62,520 nt of DNA, filler included, from Collodictyon triciliatum (GCA_043381765.1; 18 parts of 18 records of this genome joined end to end with filler, not necessarily neighbours in it), one strand, 5' to 3'; counted from the first letter of the whole stretch, positions 1 through 11,976 are shown. The notes: generated by a model not told the origin, from the letters alone. Made by a program: numbers and translations.

Positions 1-1
1 G

Positions 2-2215
2 GCAGTCTTTGAAGAAGTTTGTAAGGAGTTAGAAAAAATAAGAGATGAGATAAAGCGTCAAGTTTTAGAAGTTTGGGTGGCAAACAGTTTATCTAGAGTC
101 TCATTAGGAGCCGGAGCCAACGTAACATCCATTCTAATCAACACAAGTGAGTTTCGTATTATTCAGATACAGAAACTTCCAATTATCAGGGGAATGGGAG
201 CAGCTGAGTCTGTAGACGCATTTATGAGAGAAAACAAGATTGACATATTTGAGAGCATAGACTTTTGGTATCATAGAGACACTCAAACAGTAGATCTCTA
301 CATTATGTTTGATTCTACTGTACATGCAAGACAGATGTTTGAAAGAAGAAAAACTTTGCGGCACCAAACAGAGATTCTATTGAATGAAAAAAAATCCGTT
401 TCTATCAGGGAATTTATACCTTCAAACAACAAATCTGTCGAGCTTAAGAGCGAAAACGGGGTTCTCGTAAGATGGGCAAGCAGTCTAGATAATTCTATGT
501 GGGTGCAATTAGGGAAGCTTTGTAGCCACCATGAGCTTGAAATGTGCCGAAAATTGGTACCTCTTCTTAGTAAATGTAAAGTAAGCTTCAAATTCAAGTC
601 AGGGATTACTGATTACAAAACCTTGTTCATCATAGGATTACCAGTAAACATATCAACTACGGATGTGCAAATGACTATATCAAAATATCTCCCTGTTGTT
701 AGTGTTGTAAAGCACCAAAGTCAGCAAAAGCCGCTCCCGAGTTCCGAACAAATCCAAACTATTTTGGTGGGCCAGTTCCAAAATTATGGCAGAATCCTCC
801 ATATTCGTTTGAATGTAAATCCTACCAAGCCCATGCACTCAATTGCCATAGAATTTGATTCGAAAGATGCATGCAGAGCTGCGCGTAGCCTGTCTGGGAA
901 CACATACCTTCTTGGTCGTCCCATCATCGTCCAGCATAACACCTCGGATAGAATCGAAATGAGTTTCCCAGTGTTTGAGCACTTCAAGCATCAAATGAGC
1001 TCCATTCTGATTCAAGCCAGAGAACAAAAACCACCGCTAGCCTCCAAAGCGATTGCCGATGAACAGAAAAAGAAGGTTACTATCCTAATGTCGTGCTCAA
1101 AATCTCAAAAAATTGATGACACCTCCGCCGCAATCAAAAGGCTAATCTCTCCAACAAACATCCCCGCACATGAAATCTTTATTCGAAATGCTGTTTCCGA
1201 GCTTGTTGACAGAGGTGTATTTGAGAAAATCGGAAAGAAACATCACGCATTTATCACTTGGAACCGGCCATCGCAGGTAGTAAGCGTTTATGTCGAGCCC
1301 GAAAACTCCGCTCCGGCTCTTGCTGAGTTGGAGGCTGAAATCGGAGAGTCAATCAAACATGGTGTCATCTATCGCCTTCCTCTTTCAATCACCCTCGCGA
1401 AGGCCATTCGGGCAAATCAAAACGCTCTTATGGTTCAGTGGAAAGCCGATTTTAAGTTGGTTGAGTTGAAACTCGAGTGGAATAAAGGCTACGAGCTTTA
1501 TGTTCGAGGAAAGAAAGAAACCATCGACGATTTATTGGCTGCCATCAAACAACATATGATGCAAACAAATCCCCAAGGAGTCCAAAATGCGTCGGAGTGC
1601 AGCATATGTGGGACAGACTCATCTATCCAGTTCCACTGCCTAGTCACTTGTGGACATCGCTACTGCTACGAGTGCCTTGGCAATCAAATCCGATATAGTA
1701 TCGACAATTCTAATCTCCCAATCACTTGTGAACAGTATGGATGCCAACAGCCCATGTCCATCGTCGACATTCAAAAGGCAATCACACCTCAAGAATTTGG
1801 GCGTCTCGGCGAACGCGCCCTTTCGCGATTCATCAACGCTACAAGAGATTATGCCATGTGCCCGTTGCAGGACTGCCCGCAAGTAGTGCTAGCGAAGCCA
1901 AACAGAAAGGCTACTTGCGAGCGATGCCGTCAAAACTTGTGCCTTAATTGCAAGACGTTGGACCACCCCACAGCAACATGCGAGACGATGCAGAAGCTGG
2001 CTGCAGCAAAGGTAGATGGGTTGGGTGAGTTGATACAAAACAAGCTTCTGCGCCCGTGTCCAAAATGTGCCGTGCTCATCGAAAAGAATGGCGGCTGTAA
2101 TCATGTCACCTGCGGCAACTGCTATGCGCACATTTGCTGGAAATGTATGCAGAGTTTCTCGAGTGGCGGCGACACTTATACGCATATGGGCTCATGCAAA
2201 GGCAATTTGGCGTAA
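2..2215 (+). CDS. RBR (RING1-IBR-RING2) E3 ligase with RRM/KH-like domains; 5'-truncated, resembles the C-terminal part of DEAH11/12-type helicase-RBR fusions
   Basis: The frame is open from nt 2 (AVFEEVCKELEK...), so the start lies outside the contig. RING1 CSICG..CGHRYCYEC..C..C, IBR CPLQDC..CERC..LCLNC..H..C, RING2 RPCPKC..IEKNGGCNHVTC..C..HICWKC. RRM-like segments lie upstream. No intron seen. Confidence 0.85.
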   Translation, partial: AVFEEVCKELEKIRDEIKRQVLEVWVANSLSRVSLGAGANVTSILINTSEFRIIQIQKLPIIRGMGAAESVDAFMRENKIDIFESIDFWYHRDTQTVDLYIMFDSTVHARQMFERRKTLRHQTEILLNEKKSVSIREFIPSNNKSVELKSENGVLVRWASSLDNSMWVQLGKLCSHHELEMCRKLVPLLSKCKVSFKFKSGITDYKTLFIIGLPVNISTTDVQMTISKYLPVVSVVKHQSQQKPLPSSEQIQTILVGQFQNYGRILHIRLNVNPTKPMHSIAIEFDSKDACRAARSLSGNTYLLGRPIIVQHNTSDRIEMSFPVFEHFKHQMSSILIQAREQKPPLASKAIADEQKKKVTILMSCSKSQKIDDTSAAIKRLISPTNIPAHEIFIRNAVSELVDRGVFEKIGKKHHAFITWNRPSQVVSVYVEPENSAPALAELEAEIGESIKHGVIYRLPLSITLAKAIRANQNALMVQWKADFKLVELKLEWNKGYELYVRGKKETIDDLLAAIKQHMMQTNPQGVQNASECSICGTDSSIQFHCLVTCGHRYCYECLGNQIRYSIDNSNLPITCEQYGCQQPMSIVDIQKAITPQEFGRLGERALSRFINATRDYAMCPLQDCPQVVLAKPNRKATCERCRQNLCLNCKTLDHPTATCETMQKLAAAKVDGLGELIQNKLLRPCPKCAVLIEKNGGCNHVTCGNCYAHICWKCMQSFSSGGDTYTHMGSCKGNLA

Positions 2216-2550
2216 CTTGGATTCGTCTGGGGTATTTCGCTAGCGATTCCCACTTTTTTTTCTTTTTCGCACCTTTGTGATTCTGTCTTTGCCTTCCTCT
2301 TGCTGGGTATGACAATCTGTCGTCGCACACACATCCACTGAGAAGCCAATAAAAGTCACAAGAAATAAAAGATTAAACAAAACTAAACAAAAGACATTTT
2401 AATGGCGAGATATCATTTTATCCCCTTTTTTCTTTTTGACAAAAAGGGCAGCACGAGGAAATCTGGTAACAGGGGTGATGTGGTGTTCATGAAACAGAGA
2501 AACAGCTTTCATGACAGAAAGCCGGGGAAACTATTTTTCTCTTGCTCAGC

Positions 2551-3149
2551 CTAGAGGGTTCGTGTGCTTGATATAAGCGCACGCGCTCCGTCGACAGGTG
2601 TGATTCTCCTGCTGAGAACGTCCACGAGCTTTGTGATTCCAAGGCACCAGATTTGATGGGATGATTCGTACATGTAGTTGATTAATGGTTCGAGTAAAGT
2701 GTTCTGTTTGACGCATGTCACACTGCGAAACCCGATAATCCCGTAGTGGGTTAGATAAAAGCCGTCTCCTTCGGGGACTTCATGATTGTATCGGGTGATA
2801 AACTCCAAGGCCTGTGGATGTTAAGTCACATAAATACGCGAGAACCATGCTATCTTCCTCTCTTGCTCTCTTTTCTTTTTTTTTTTTTCTATGGAGAGGA
2901 ATAATACTGAACCGAACGACTCTCATCTCATATTGAAGGGAAACGCCAGACACTTACGATGCGTGTATGGTCGCCAGAGATGGGTGTGGTGGTCGTGTAT
3001 TTGATGGAGCAGATCTCGCGCACGGCGGATATTTGGATCGAGTAGTTGACGTACTGGTGCTGGAGCTGCAGAAGAATACCGTCCTGGTTTTCAACATAGG
3101 CCATTTCCTTCTGGCGCAAGACTGCGGCGATCACTTCGATGGCGTTCAT
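2551..3149 (-). CDS. YbjN-like (type III chaperone fold) protein, 2 exons (3149-2958, 2811-2551), ~150 aa
   Basis: A GTAAGT...CACAG intron joins two ORF-track pieces in frame: ...GDHTRI|ALEFITRYNHEVPEGDGFYLTHYGIIGFRSV...VDVLSRRITPVDGA. This resembles the YbjN pattern EFIxRxN..G.F.L...G.I.FR. Confidence 0.55.
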
Positions 3150-3590
3150 CTCTTGTGACCGCGAAACTTCCTTTGTAAAGATCTTTCCTTTTCTTTTTTC
3201 TGGCTGCTCTTTCTGAGATATTTAGACAAAACCGTTTGTTAGATCATCCCGATACCCACGAAACGTGACAATGCCATTTAACTGGACGCTCTGTGGGTTT
3301 TTTGCTTAAACTTAATCCCCGTTACTGTTTCTTCTTTGAACTCCCAGCATCAATGGTTCCAACTTTGTGCATCTGTTCACTCGCGGATCAACCTAGCACA
3401 AACAAGACAGGTTGAACAAACTGGATGTATATTTTCCATATATGTATAATTATTTTTTATTTATAATTCGATGAATATAAATAAAATTTCAATTATACTT
3501 AGTCTGGATATTTCTTTAGCCAACAATGCCTTGAAATACAAACTTTCAAACATTCAAAAGATCCCTCGTTGCTGCACGTCCGAAATGAAT

Positions 3591-3690
3591 NNNNNNNNNN
3601 NNNNNNNNNNNNNNNNNNNNNNNNNNNNNNNNNNTTAATTAATTAANNNNNNNNNNNNNNNNNNNNNNNNNNNNNNNNNNNNNNNNNNNN
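3591..3690. other. Artificial contig linker (N44 + TTAATTAATTAA six-frame stop + N44); 17 copies in the window
   Basis: Identical 100-nt spacers start at 3591, 7281, 10970, 12895, 16582, 20269, 23955, 27642, 31325, 35007, 38688, 42368, 46048, 49728, 53406, 57082 and 60757. Plain N scaffold gaps lie at 40353-40408 and 55217-55729. Confidence 0.98.
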
Positions 3691-3860
3691 TTGATTTTGT
3701 TTGATTATGTTTGATTATGTTTGATTTTGTTTGATTTTGTTTGATTTTGTTTGATTTTGTTTGATTTTGTTTGATTTTGTTTGATTTTGTTTGATTTTGT
3801 TTGATTTTGTTTGATTTTGTTTGATTTTGTTTGATTTTGTTTGATTTTGTTTGATTTTGT
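3691..3860. repeat. (TTGATTTTGT)n tandem repeat; an example of the many SSRs (TAA, GAA, GAAA, TATG, poly-T, CT, TG) at contig ends and in introns
   Basis: Directly visible; most contigs end in a simple repeat. Confidence 0.95.
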
Positions 3861-3939
3861 TAATTCAAAGCTAAGGAATTTCGCATTCATCGTAAAATAT
3901 ATCCATCAAAACAATTCACCAAAGGTAAATAAAGCATAC

Positions 3940-6900
3940 CAGCGTTACGTGAGACAAATACATGTGATGGTTCATGCTTGTGTGGTGGTATTTTGCTTCG
4001 ATTCGAGTAACCTAATCATTCATAAATATTCAAGTTTTATTAGATTTCATCATATTTTAGGTTAATAAGACTGCGATAGAAAGGTAAGCATTAAAAAAAA
4101 ATCACATTAAAATACTTACAATTTTCACACAAGTTGTACGTGAGGCAGTTTAAACAAGTCCAACGTATATTTTCCAAAGGTTCTTTCTGGCAATTATTGC
4201 AGAAAAACCAACCAATTTTTGAAAGCTGACAAAATATCTAGTATCAGGGATTACAAAAGCACAAGAAGGGATGATTGGTTAGACATCAGAATTGTAATAA
4301 TATAGGGAAGATATCTTTATCTTGATTTATTAATATGTATATTATAAATGAATTTCAATTCCGAAATAAAGGATGGATATGCGAATGTTAAAATTAAAAT
4401 AACAAAGTATACAATCTGCATGTATAAAATGATTGGATCATGATGTGAATCAAATAAAAGGGGGAGAAAAAAGTAATTAAATCTTACGTTAGCCACGGCT
4501 CTGTGTGCATCTTTTTCGGAGGAGTTAGAAAGGGTGGTTAATATTCTGAAGACGTCTTCGTCCATTCTGTGCAGCATTCCTTCACCTATGGATTATATTG
4601 GTTACTCCAATGGGCGCTTAATGTCTTAACTTAAGATTAATTATCGTTTGTACAATTAAAGAATGGAGTCATATAATTGCATGGTCTTTCAAATATATGT
4701 AACTGCATTTTAATGAGTTCATATATGAATATTCCATCATTTTTTCCTTTATTCGATTCAAAGTGTAGCGAGGCTATGCCCTGAATATTCCATCATAAAA
4801 TTACTTCAAAAAGTATTCTTACAATTGTCAAAAAATCTGCAAAAAGAATTGGACGCATATGTCTTGACTTTGGGATTTGGGTGCTCCATTGAATCCAAGT
4901 AGATATTCAATCGATCCAGTTGATACAATGAAATTTTATGTGGGACTTAAAGAAAAGTATTTTAAAAGGAAAGTATGCGCTACTTTTAATATTTGGCAAA
5001 CTCAATTTATCAATCGAATTAAAAACAGAATAATTGATAGGCTCAATTTTCAAAAACTTATGTTTGAAAAAAGCAATCTCAAAAGGTGCCACATAATAGA
5101 AATCATATCTAACAGGAACTTACCATCAAGGGCAATATTCCCAATGCAGGCTAAAGCTAAGCATCGTGTGTCAATGTTTTCAGATCGACAGAGATTTAGA
5201 ATTGGGCTGAATCCATGTCGCAAAATGATTTCATTTCGGTAGTTTTCTATATGATAGGTATAGATAAAAGTTTGACAAGAAATCACCTTAAATCCATATT
5301 TGCATGTATTTTGATCCGCTGTTGGATAGGGGCTTTTGGAAACAAAATGGTATGCCCATATAAAGATTAATGAGAGGTAAAGCTTGATACTTACCAACAG
5401 CTGAGAATAAAGAAAGAAGGTTTGAAGCCTGCGTGAATTTCGTTGATATGTTTTTTTAAAAAAAAAAAATAATAATTGGTTACTCGATTTGAAGCAATAC
5501 AATATTTGCAAGGTGAAGGATAGATACATAAGATATCGAAAGAAATACTTTACCAAAAGATCTATCTGCTCATCATGATAAGAAAGCAATATACCAAGAA
5601 TAGTAAACCCCAGCGCTTGTGGGATAATTTGTGGCTTTTGTGCTATCATCGATATTGTGTGGGGAAAAAAAAAGTAAATATATGAAAATAAGGGCCTATC
5701 AGTCGATTGTAAAAACAAAATGCAACCATGTTAGGTAAAGTGGACTCTTTTTTTTTTCCGAGTCCTGGCGATCAATTTTGGTTGTGTTAAACAACTAGAC
5801 AATAAAGCTATTCCAGAGATGATATTGTATTATTTTCATATGTAAAGAATATGATAAAGTTAAACTGTACATTTAATCACATAGTTTGAAAGAAACTTTG
5901 ACGTTGCTAAGACAATCTCTCTGTCATCCCCAATGAGGTTTTTCTCATATCCTGAGAATACAGCCTGGTCGATGGGTACTACGATTCCTGTTTTTGCATG
6001 TTTGCACATTCAATTCAACGAAGGTGTTGAGAAAAGTTGAATAGATGTGCTTTTTTTTTTCCTTTATTCGATTCAAAGTGCAGCAAGCTTATGCCATACA
6101 AAGTGAATAGGTGTGGTTTGTTGTTGTATAATTTTTGGTTTTAGCTGAACTGAATATTTTTAAAAAAAAAGATTTGTTTATTTTATTATGAAAAGCTTGC
6201 TTTGATAAATAAATATATAAGCACGATGTAATGGACAAAACAAATGAAATATGAACTGAATAAATTATAGATATAAGGCAACGAAATGGAGAGGAATAAA
6301 TATGAGACAAAACGCATAATACTTTAAAAAATAAAAAGAACCTTGCTCTAGTAATACTGATAATCCTATGATGGAATTATATGAAGTGTCGCGATCGCTA
6401 GATGCGCTTAATTGAATGAGTGTAGTTGCGATATCGACACGTCCTATTTCTTCGCGCTTGTTGCCTTTATCAATGTATATATTAAATATTCATAATACTT
6501 TGAATCGAATAAAGGGGGGAAATTAAGTATTCATAATTATTATTTTAATATTTTGAACTAATGACAAGGATTATTGTAAAAGAGGGTTTTCGTTAATTAA
6601 ACATAGTGGCATCGAAAAAATAGAGCAATAATTGGTCTCCTGATTTATTTTATCTTTTATTTTTTAGCGATTCAAAGTTAAAGCATTTATCATCTCGCAT
6701 AAATTAAAAGTAAGAATAAAAATATAAACAATTCAGTTATCCTTTTTTTTCTTTTTTCTTTTGTAGGTAAGATAACAATAGAATAATTCAAGAAGAAAAA
6801 AACATGAAAGTAAAGAAATCATATTCATGAACCTGAACAAACTATTTTACAAAGCTCTCGTGCTGCTTTACGGCTTATATAAATATCAGGTGACTGTGCA

Positions 6901-7098
6901 TCTGCGATGTATTGTTGAACATCTGCGTATGTTGAGTATAAGAAAAAAAAATGACTATGTTGGCAACAGGGACCTGTCCACAGCGGCTTTTTGTGTACGA
7001 ATGGGAAGAAAAAAATCGACGATATCGAAAGATGATGTTTGTAAAATATTGATCCGTTTCGGCAAAAGATTCATACCCTTCCCTACGATGTTTCCCAT
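3940..7098 (-). CDS. Multi-exon armadillo-repeat protein with a C-terminal ZZ zinc finger and a possible N-myristoylation site; 3' end uncertain
   Basis: Manual splicing gives MGNIVGK|DVQQYIADAQSPDIYISRKAARELCKIV. An ARM-like exon reads GFSPILNLCRSENIDTRCLALACIGNIA (~5120-5230). The ZZ finger is split over two exons: FCNNCQKEPLENIRWTCLNCLTYNLCEN|CYSNRSKIPPHKHEPSH. Confidence 0.65.
4741..4781 (-). mobile_element. 41-nt 3' tip of a LINE with a perfect 15-bp TSD
   Basis: The minus strand reads GGGCATAGCCTCGCTACACTTTGAATCGAATAAAGGAAAAA, matching the LINE tail at 34515-34550. TGAATATTCCATCAT is duplicated at 4726-4740 and 4782-4796. Confidence 0.8.
6051..6103 (-). mobile_element. ~53-nt LINE 3' tip with a degenerate TSD
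   Basis: The minus strand reads CTTTGTATGGCATAAGCTTGCTGCACTTTGAATCGAATAAAGG(A)10. Flanks are TGAATAGATGTGC (6038-6050) and TGAATAGGTGTGG (6104-6116). Confidence 0.75.
6497..6521 (+). mobile_element. ~25-nt LINE 3' tip with a 16-bp TSD (1 mismatch)
   Basis: ACTTTGAATCGAATAAAGGGGGGAA is flanked by ATTAAATATTCATAAT (6481-6496) and ATTAAGTATTCATAAT (6522-6537). Confidence 0.7.
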
Positions 7099-7380
7099 CT
7101 GGAATACAAAAGGAAAAAAGTGTTAGGATGATACCCAAATAGTTCCCAACCTGGTTGAACGTGGCTTTTTCTATGTGATAAAAGTAAAAGGGAAGGCAAA
7201 ATGATGTAAAATATGATGGATGGAGACCCTAGCCAAAAAGAAAGAAGAGAAAAAAAAAAAGAAGAAAAAAAAAAAAAAAANNNNNNNNNNNNNNNNNNNN
7301 NNNNNNNNNNNNNNNNNNNNNNNNTTAATTAATTAANNNNNNNNNNNNNNNNNNNNNNNNNNNNNNNNNNNNNNNNNNNN

Positions 7381-7478
<98 letters not shown>

Positions 7479-8952
7479 CACACCAACATATGTTTCGTCA
7501 AGGATTAGTTGAGGTAAATCCATAGAGCCTGAAATCCTCTTCATTTCATGTAATTGAGTAACATCCAATGCCAGATTAATCAATTCATATTCCACTGTCG
7601 TAATAATAGTAATAACTTAATTATAATTAAAAATAGTAAAATGTTGCCAGAATAAAAATATGAATCCTTTTTTGTAATGGTCATGTTAGTATTTCAGAAG
7701 GCATAAACCAATGTTGTTTTCGAATTTAACTAGCTATAAGAGATCGTGTGTCATTGGACTGAGTATATAATGCAATATTAATCTAATAGAAAATTTGAAA
7801 TACAAAGGCACACCTTGCTTTGTTTCAAGCAGATGGTGCATCCTTTGGCAGTTCGTCTCAGCAGCAACAGAAAAAGTATATGATGACATGAAAAATCGGA
7901 TACGAGGGATTATCTTGGTCAATGGCAGCTTCAAAAATGGAGGGCTCTACAATAAACACATACATTGAAATTACGAATATTAGAAGCATTCTGCAAAAGA
8001 CAATATGAGTTATATTCTAATTAGAACCTTTTTACATCACATTTCTAATATGAAAAATATGGAGAATATTTGAGAAAGAAAATATTATATACACCGCACC
8101 TTAATAGCGTTCTCAAATTCTTCAATAACACTTATTCGCCCATTAATCTTTGCAATTTGGAAGGCATCCATACCACGGTCATCAGGGATGAGTACGGCAT
8201 CTGGCCTTTTCACAAATATATGCACCATTTCTGCATAGCCCTCCTTTGATGCCATATGAAGAGGTGTTGATCCATCACTATTTTGAGCATTTAGGCGAGA
8301 CCCGTTTTCCAAGAGTATGGTCGCACACTTCACATGACGAGGGTAGCTCCCGGATTTTGCACAACAATGCAAAGGAGTATTGTCATAAATATCCAGTGCA
8401 TTCACATTTGCACCCAGACGAATGAATAAATCGACTGCATTAGAGCGTCCATTTTTACAAGCAATATGAAGAGGGGTCGACTGGCATATATTAGTTTTGA
8501 CTCGAGGGTCCTCACCACAATCAACCAGAATTTGTATGATATTGCAGTTCCTAGGTAAAGGAATGCTTTTTTTAATTTTTATTTTATTAAAATTTATAGA
8601 GATCGAATTCAAATCATATTTGATTTCTAGGAGCTATTTACTCACCCTTGTTGGGCAGCGTAATGGATCAAATGGAGGCCTTCTTCACAAACTTCGGGGA
8701 CATACGCACCATAACTGAGAAGTAATTTGAAGGTGTTTTCCTGTCCCTTTTCAATGGCTTTACGAAAGAGGGACTTTTTGAAGGTAGGGTCTATATATTT
8801 CGGATCCAGACCAGATTCCAGTCTTTTGGTTAATATCTGAATGTGTTTGTCCGAAACCAAATCAATTGGCGAAGTCTTGTTTTGGAATTCAGAGGTGAGC
8901 TTTGAAGCTTGTAATTAAATGACACGTCAGTTTTCCGTTTTAACTGCACCAT
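7479..8952 (-). CDS. Ankyrin-repeat protein, multi-exon, with a possible F-box-like exon after the repeats; 3'-truncated
   Basis: Ankyrin motifs STPLHIACKNG, NTPLHCCAKSG and GSTPLHMASKEG. An AG/GT-bounded exon at ~7812-7947 reads SPPFLKLPLTKIIPRIRFFMSSYTFSVAAETNCQRMHHLL. Confidence 0.75.
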
Positions 8953-9429
8953 TATGATAGGGAAAGGAGGGGATAAAATGGTTCGATAAAAATGAAAAAA
9001 AAAAAAAACATGGGTATCAAAAGGATATAAAAATGGAACCAATTTTTAATTTGCGTAAAGAAAAAAAAAAAAGAAAAGTTAGAACCTACAATTAACAATT
9101 TCTTCATAAAATGATTCTTGTTGAATGCTAACATAGGATGATATGGACGAAGTATCATCTTCTTTCCTGTGTTACATAATTATGTTAATTTTTTTCTTTG
9201 CGATAGGTATACAAGGTATGGGCCGGGTGATATTCCTCCATATACACGATATTCATTCACTGTGGATCGCGGAGCTTGGTGAATATGATATTCTAAATAA
9301 AACAATGAAAGAGAGAAAGAGAGAAAGAGAGAAAGAGAGAAAGAGAGAAAGAGAGAAAGAGAGAAAGAGAGAAAGAGAGAAAGAGAGAAAGAGAGAAAGA
9401 GAGAAAGAGAGAATAAATAGAAGACAATC

Positions 9430-10561
9430 CCAACCCGCCGTCATATGCACGAGATGTTTTGCCGCGCAGAGCAGCCCACCATTTCTGGTCGGTGTGAGGC
9501 GGCTGGGGAAGGTCATCCGCATCAAAGGGAAAGGCAGAAGCATCACTCTGATCCGCAGATATGGCCCTCAAGGCGCGAATGGTGACAACGGGGATATCTC
9601 TCTCCAGCACATCAGACATTGCCTCGCCGTCAACAGGACTGGCCTGAAAGTGAGGAGCCTGATCAGCCTGATCCGCCGCAATCGCATCGCCACCGGCAGC
9701 ATCAGCATCAGCATGAGCATCAGCATCGCCCGGCAGACGAGGGGAATGGAGGCGGAAGCTGCAGACAGAGATGGGGGCAGAGTCGTCCACACCATGGGCC
9801 GGGTCGAAGCGGACGCGCGGCTTCTGTGATGTGGGCACGGGAGGCGGAGCGAGCGGGGCGGAGCGGGCAGGAGCAGCACCCGCCCAGCCAGACGAGGCGA
9901 GCGATGGGATGGCAAAGTCGAGCGCGTCGGACGCGTAATCGGGCGCAGGCGCAGGCGCCTCAAAATCCTCCATGGACAGCTGCTCCGTGGGATTGGGCTC
10001 CGGAAGTCGAAGAGGCTCGCTGCTGCCGTCGCTGCGCTGCAGGACAGATGCAAGCCATTTCCGGAGGCCGCGCTTCTCCTTGGGCGCCTTCGGTCCGCCC
10101 CGCAGCGGCACTTTCGACCGGCCCTCCCGAGCGTTGTCGCGCTCGACCCTGCGCGCTTCGAGCTCCTTCTTCTTGGCTATGATTTCGTCGCGGAAGACGG
10201 AGCTGGCCGTGCCACTCTCGCTCAGACCGCCGTCCTCGTCCGGCAGGGGCGCCTCTGTCTCTGTCTCTGCGTTTGCATTTGTGTTTGCGTGTGTGCCGGT
10301 GCTTGTCAGGACGTAGGAGCTGCTGGGCATAGACGTCGACCCCGCAAGAGACAGCTGGGTCTGCGCGAGCGAGTCGGCGGCTTCTGGTCGGCTGCCTTCG
10401 CCGTATCGCGCCGAGTAGATGTTTCCTGCCGCGGGTTTTTTCGGCGCCTCGGCTTGGCCTGCGGTTGGCAGCCGGTATGCCAGGTATGGTACGAGGCTGT
10501 CATACTTGCCTTGCGGCGCAACCTGGAGGCTCTCAGCGATTCCTTTGCTTGCCTTCGACAT
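9430..10561 (-). CDS. GC-rich, Pro/Ala/acidic low-complexity hypothetical protein
   Basis: Long open frame in a GC-rich block flanked by SSRs. No domain recognised; the 3' end runs into a microsatellite. Confidence 0.5.
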
Positions 10562-10898
10562 TCCAGTGGACGAGGCCTGCGTGTGCGAGGGCGTCTGCTT
10601 GTGGCACGAGAAGGTGACTTTCCTGACTCTTTTCTATTTTTTTTTTTTTTTGCCATTTGATTGTTTTTTTTTTTATGGGAGTGTGAGTGCTTCCTTTCGG
10701 TTTTCTTTTGTGTTTCTTTTTTTTTTTTTTCGCTTTCACTTATTGTTCTATTCTTTTCGTTTTATTTTTATGATGCATTTTCATTTTTGTTCAATTTATT
10801 CATTATTCTTTTTGTCAGGTTTTATTTTTATGTTTTCGTCTTGACTGGTTTTTATCTCATTATTTTTTTGTTATTGATCATTTTGTTTTTTGTTTTTC

Positions 10899-10969
<71 letters not shown>

Positions 10970-11365
10970 NNNNNNNNNNNNNNNNNNNNNNNNNNNNNNN
11001 NNNNNNNNNNNNNTTAATTAATTAANNNNNNNNNNNNNNNNNNNNNNNNNNNNNNNNNNNNNNNNNNNNGAAGAAGAAGAAGAAGAAGAAGAAGAAGAAG
11101 AAGAAGAAGAAGAAGAAGAAGAAGAAGAAGAAGAAGAAGAAGAAGAAGAAGAAGAAGAAGAAGAAGAATCGCATGACAACGTATAATAATAGGGATATTC
11201 GAACGACCCCAACCATGATAAGCTTTCCAAAACACATGAAAATACCGATATTCGTACTTTATAGCATAGACTCAGCTATTTTGGTCTATTTAAACAATAA
11301 ACAAGGAAGAAGATTGTAATAAATTATGCGTTTTTAGTAAAATAAAATAAAGTAAAGTAACATAC

Positions 11366-11976
11366 TTATGGTCTTGTATCCTCTAACTTTTGAGGCAGTG
11401 TAAATAACAGAGAATATCGGATGAATCAAGTCTCCATTATCTATATGTTTTCTAGCCAGCTGCATAAGGGGAACGATAATGCTCTCTAGATGAGGATCCA
11501 ACAACTGAGGGAATTCCTGGTAACGCTGGAGCTAATTGGTAAAATTTATATATAATTAATAACCAGAAAAAAGTATGCACAATTACAAGTATTTATTGTT
11601 ATTAGCATTATTACTATTAAGCATTATCCTTAAGTATTATTAAGGCTAGAAAGAAAAAGAAGAAGAAAAGGTGTGGTATGTTTATTTCTGAGCAGCAAAG
11701 ACATTGGCAGAAAAGGACTGCATTATTTTTAAGAGAAAGACAAACTGTTTTGATCATGTTCGCTTTAAGCTCCGAAACCGGTTTCTTCTCGTCAACCCAG
11801 TCGCACACCCAGACATTGAGCTGCTCTGCCTCCTTCACGAAGGACTGGAACGAAATAACCTTCTCAATATCCTCACCCGGCTCCTTCTCGCCTTCGGATT
11901 GACGGTCTTCCTCCTCGTTTGCAACACCCACAACAGCGCCATCCAGCGGCTTTTTCTCTTCCAGTCCAGGCTCCAT
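11366..11976 (-). CDS. TBCD: Tubulin-specific chaperone D, 5' exons (11976-11746, 11531-11366)
   Basis: Exon 2 reads LQRYQEFPQLLDPHLESIIVPLM...IYTASKVRGYKTI, matching the TBCD signatures YQEQPxLLDPHLE and KVRGYK. Confidence 0.85.

Noticed and set aside
3635-3646. TTAATTAATTAA recurring every ~3.7 kb as a possible biological repeat or array
   Set aside because: It is always embedded in N44 runs; it is a six-frame-stop assembly linker.
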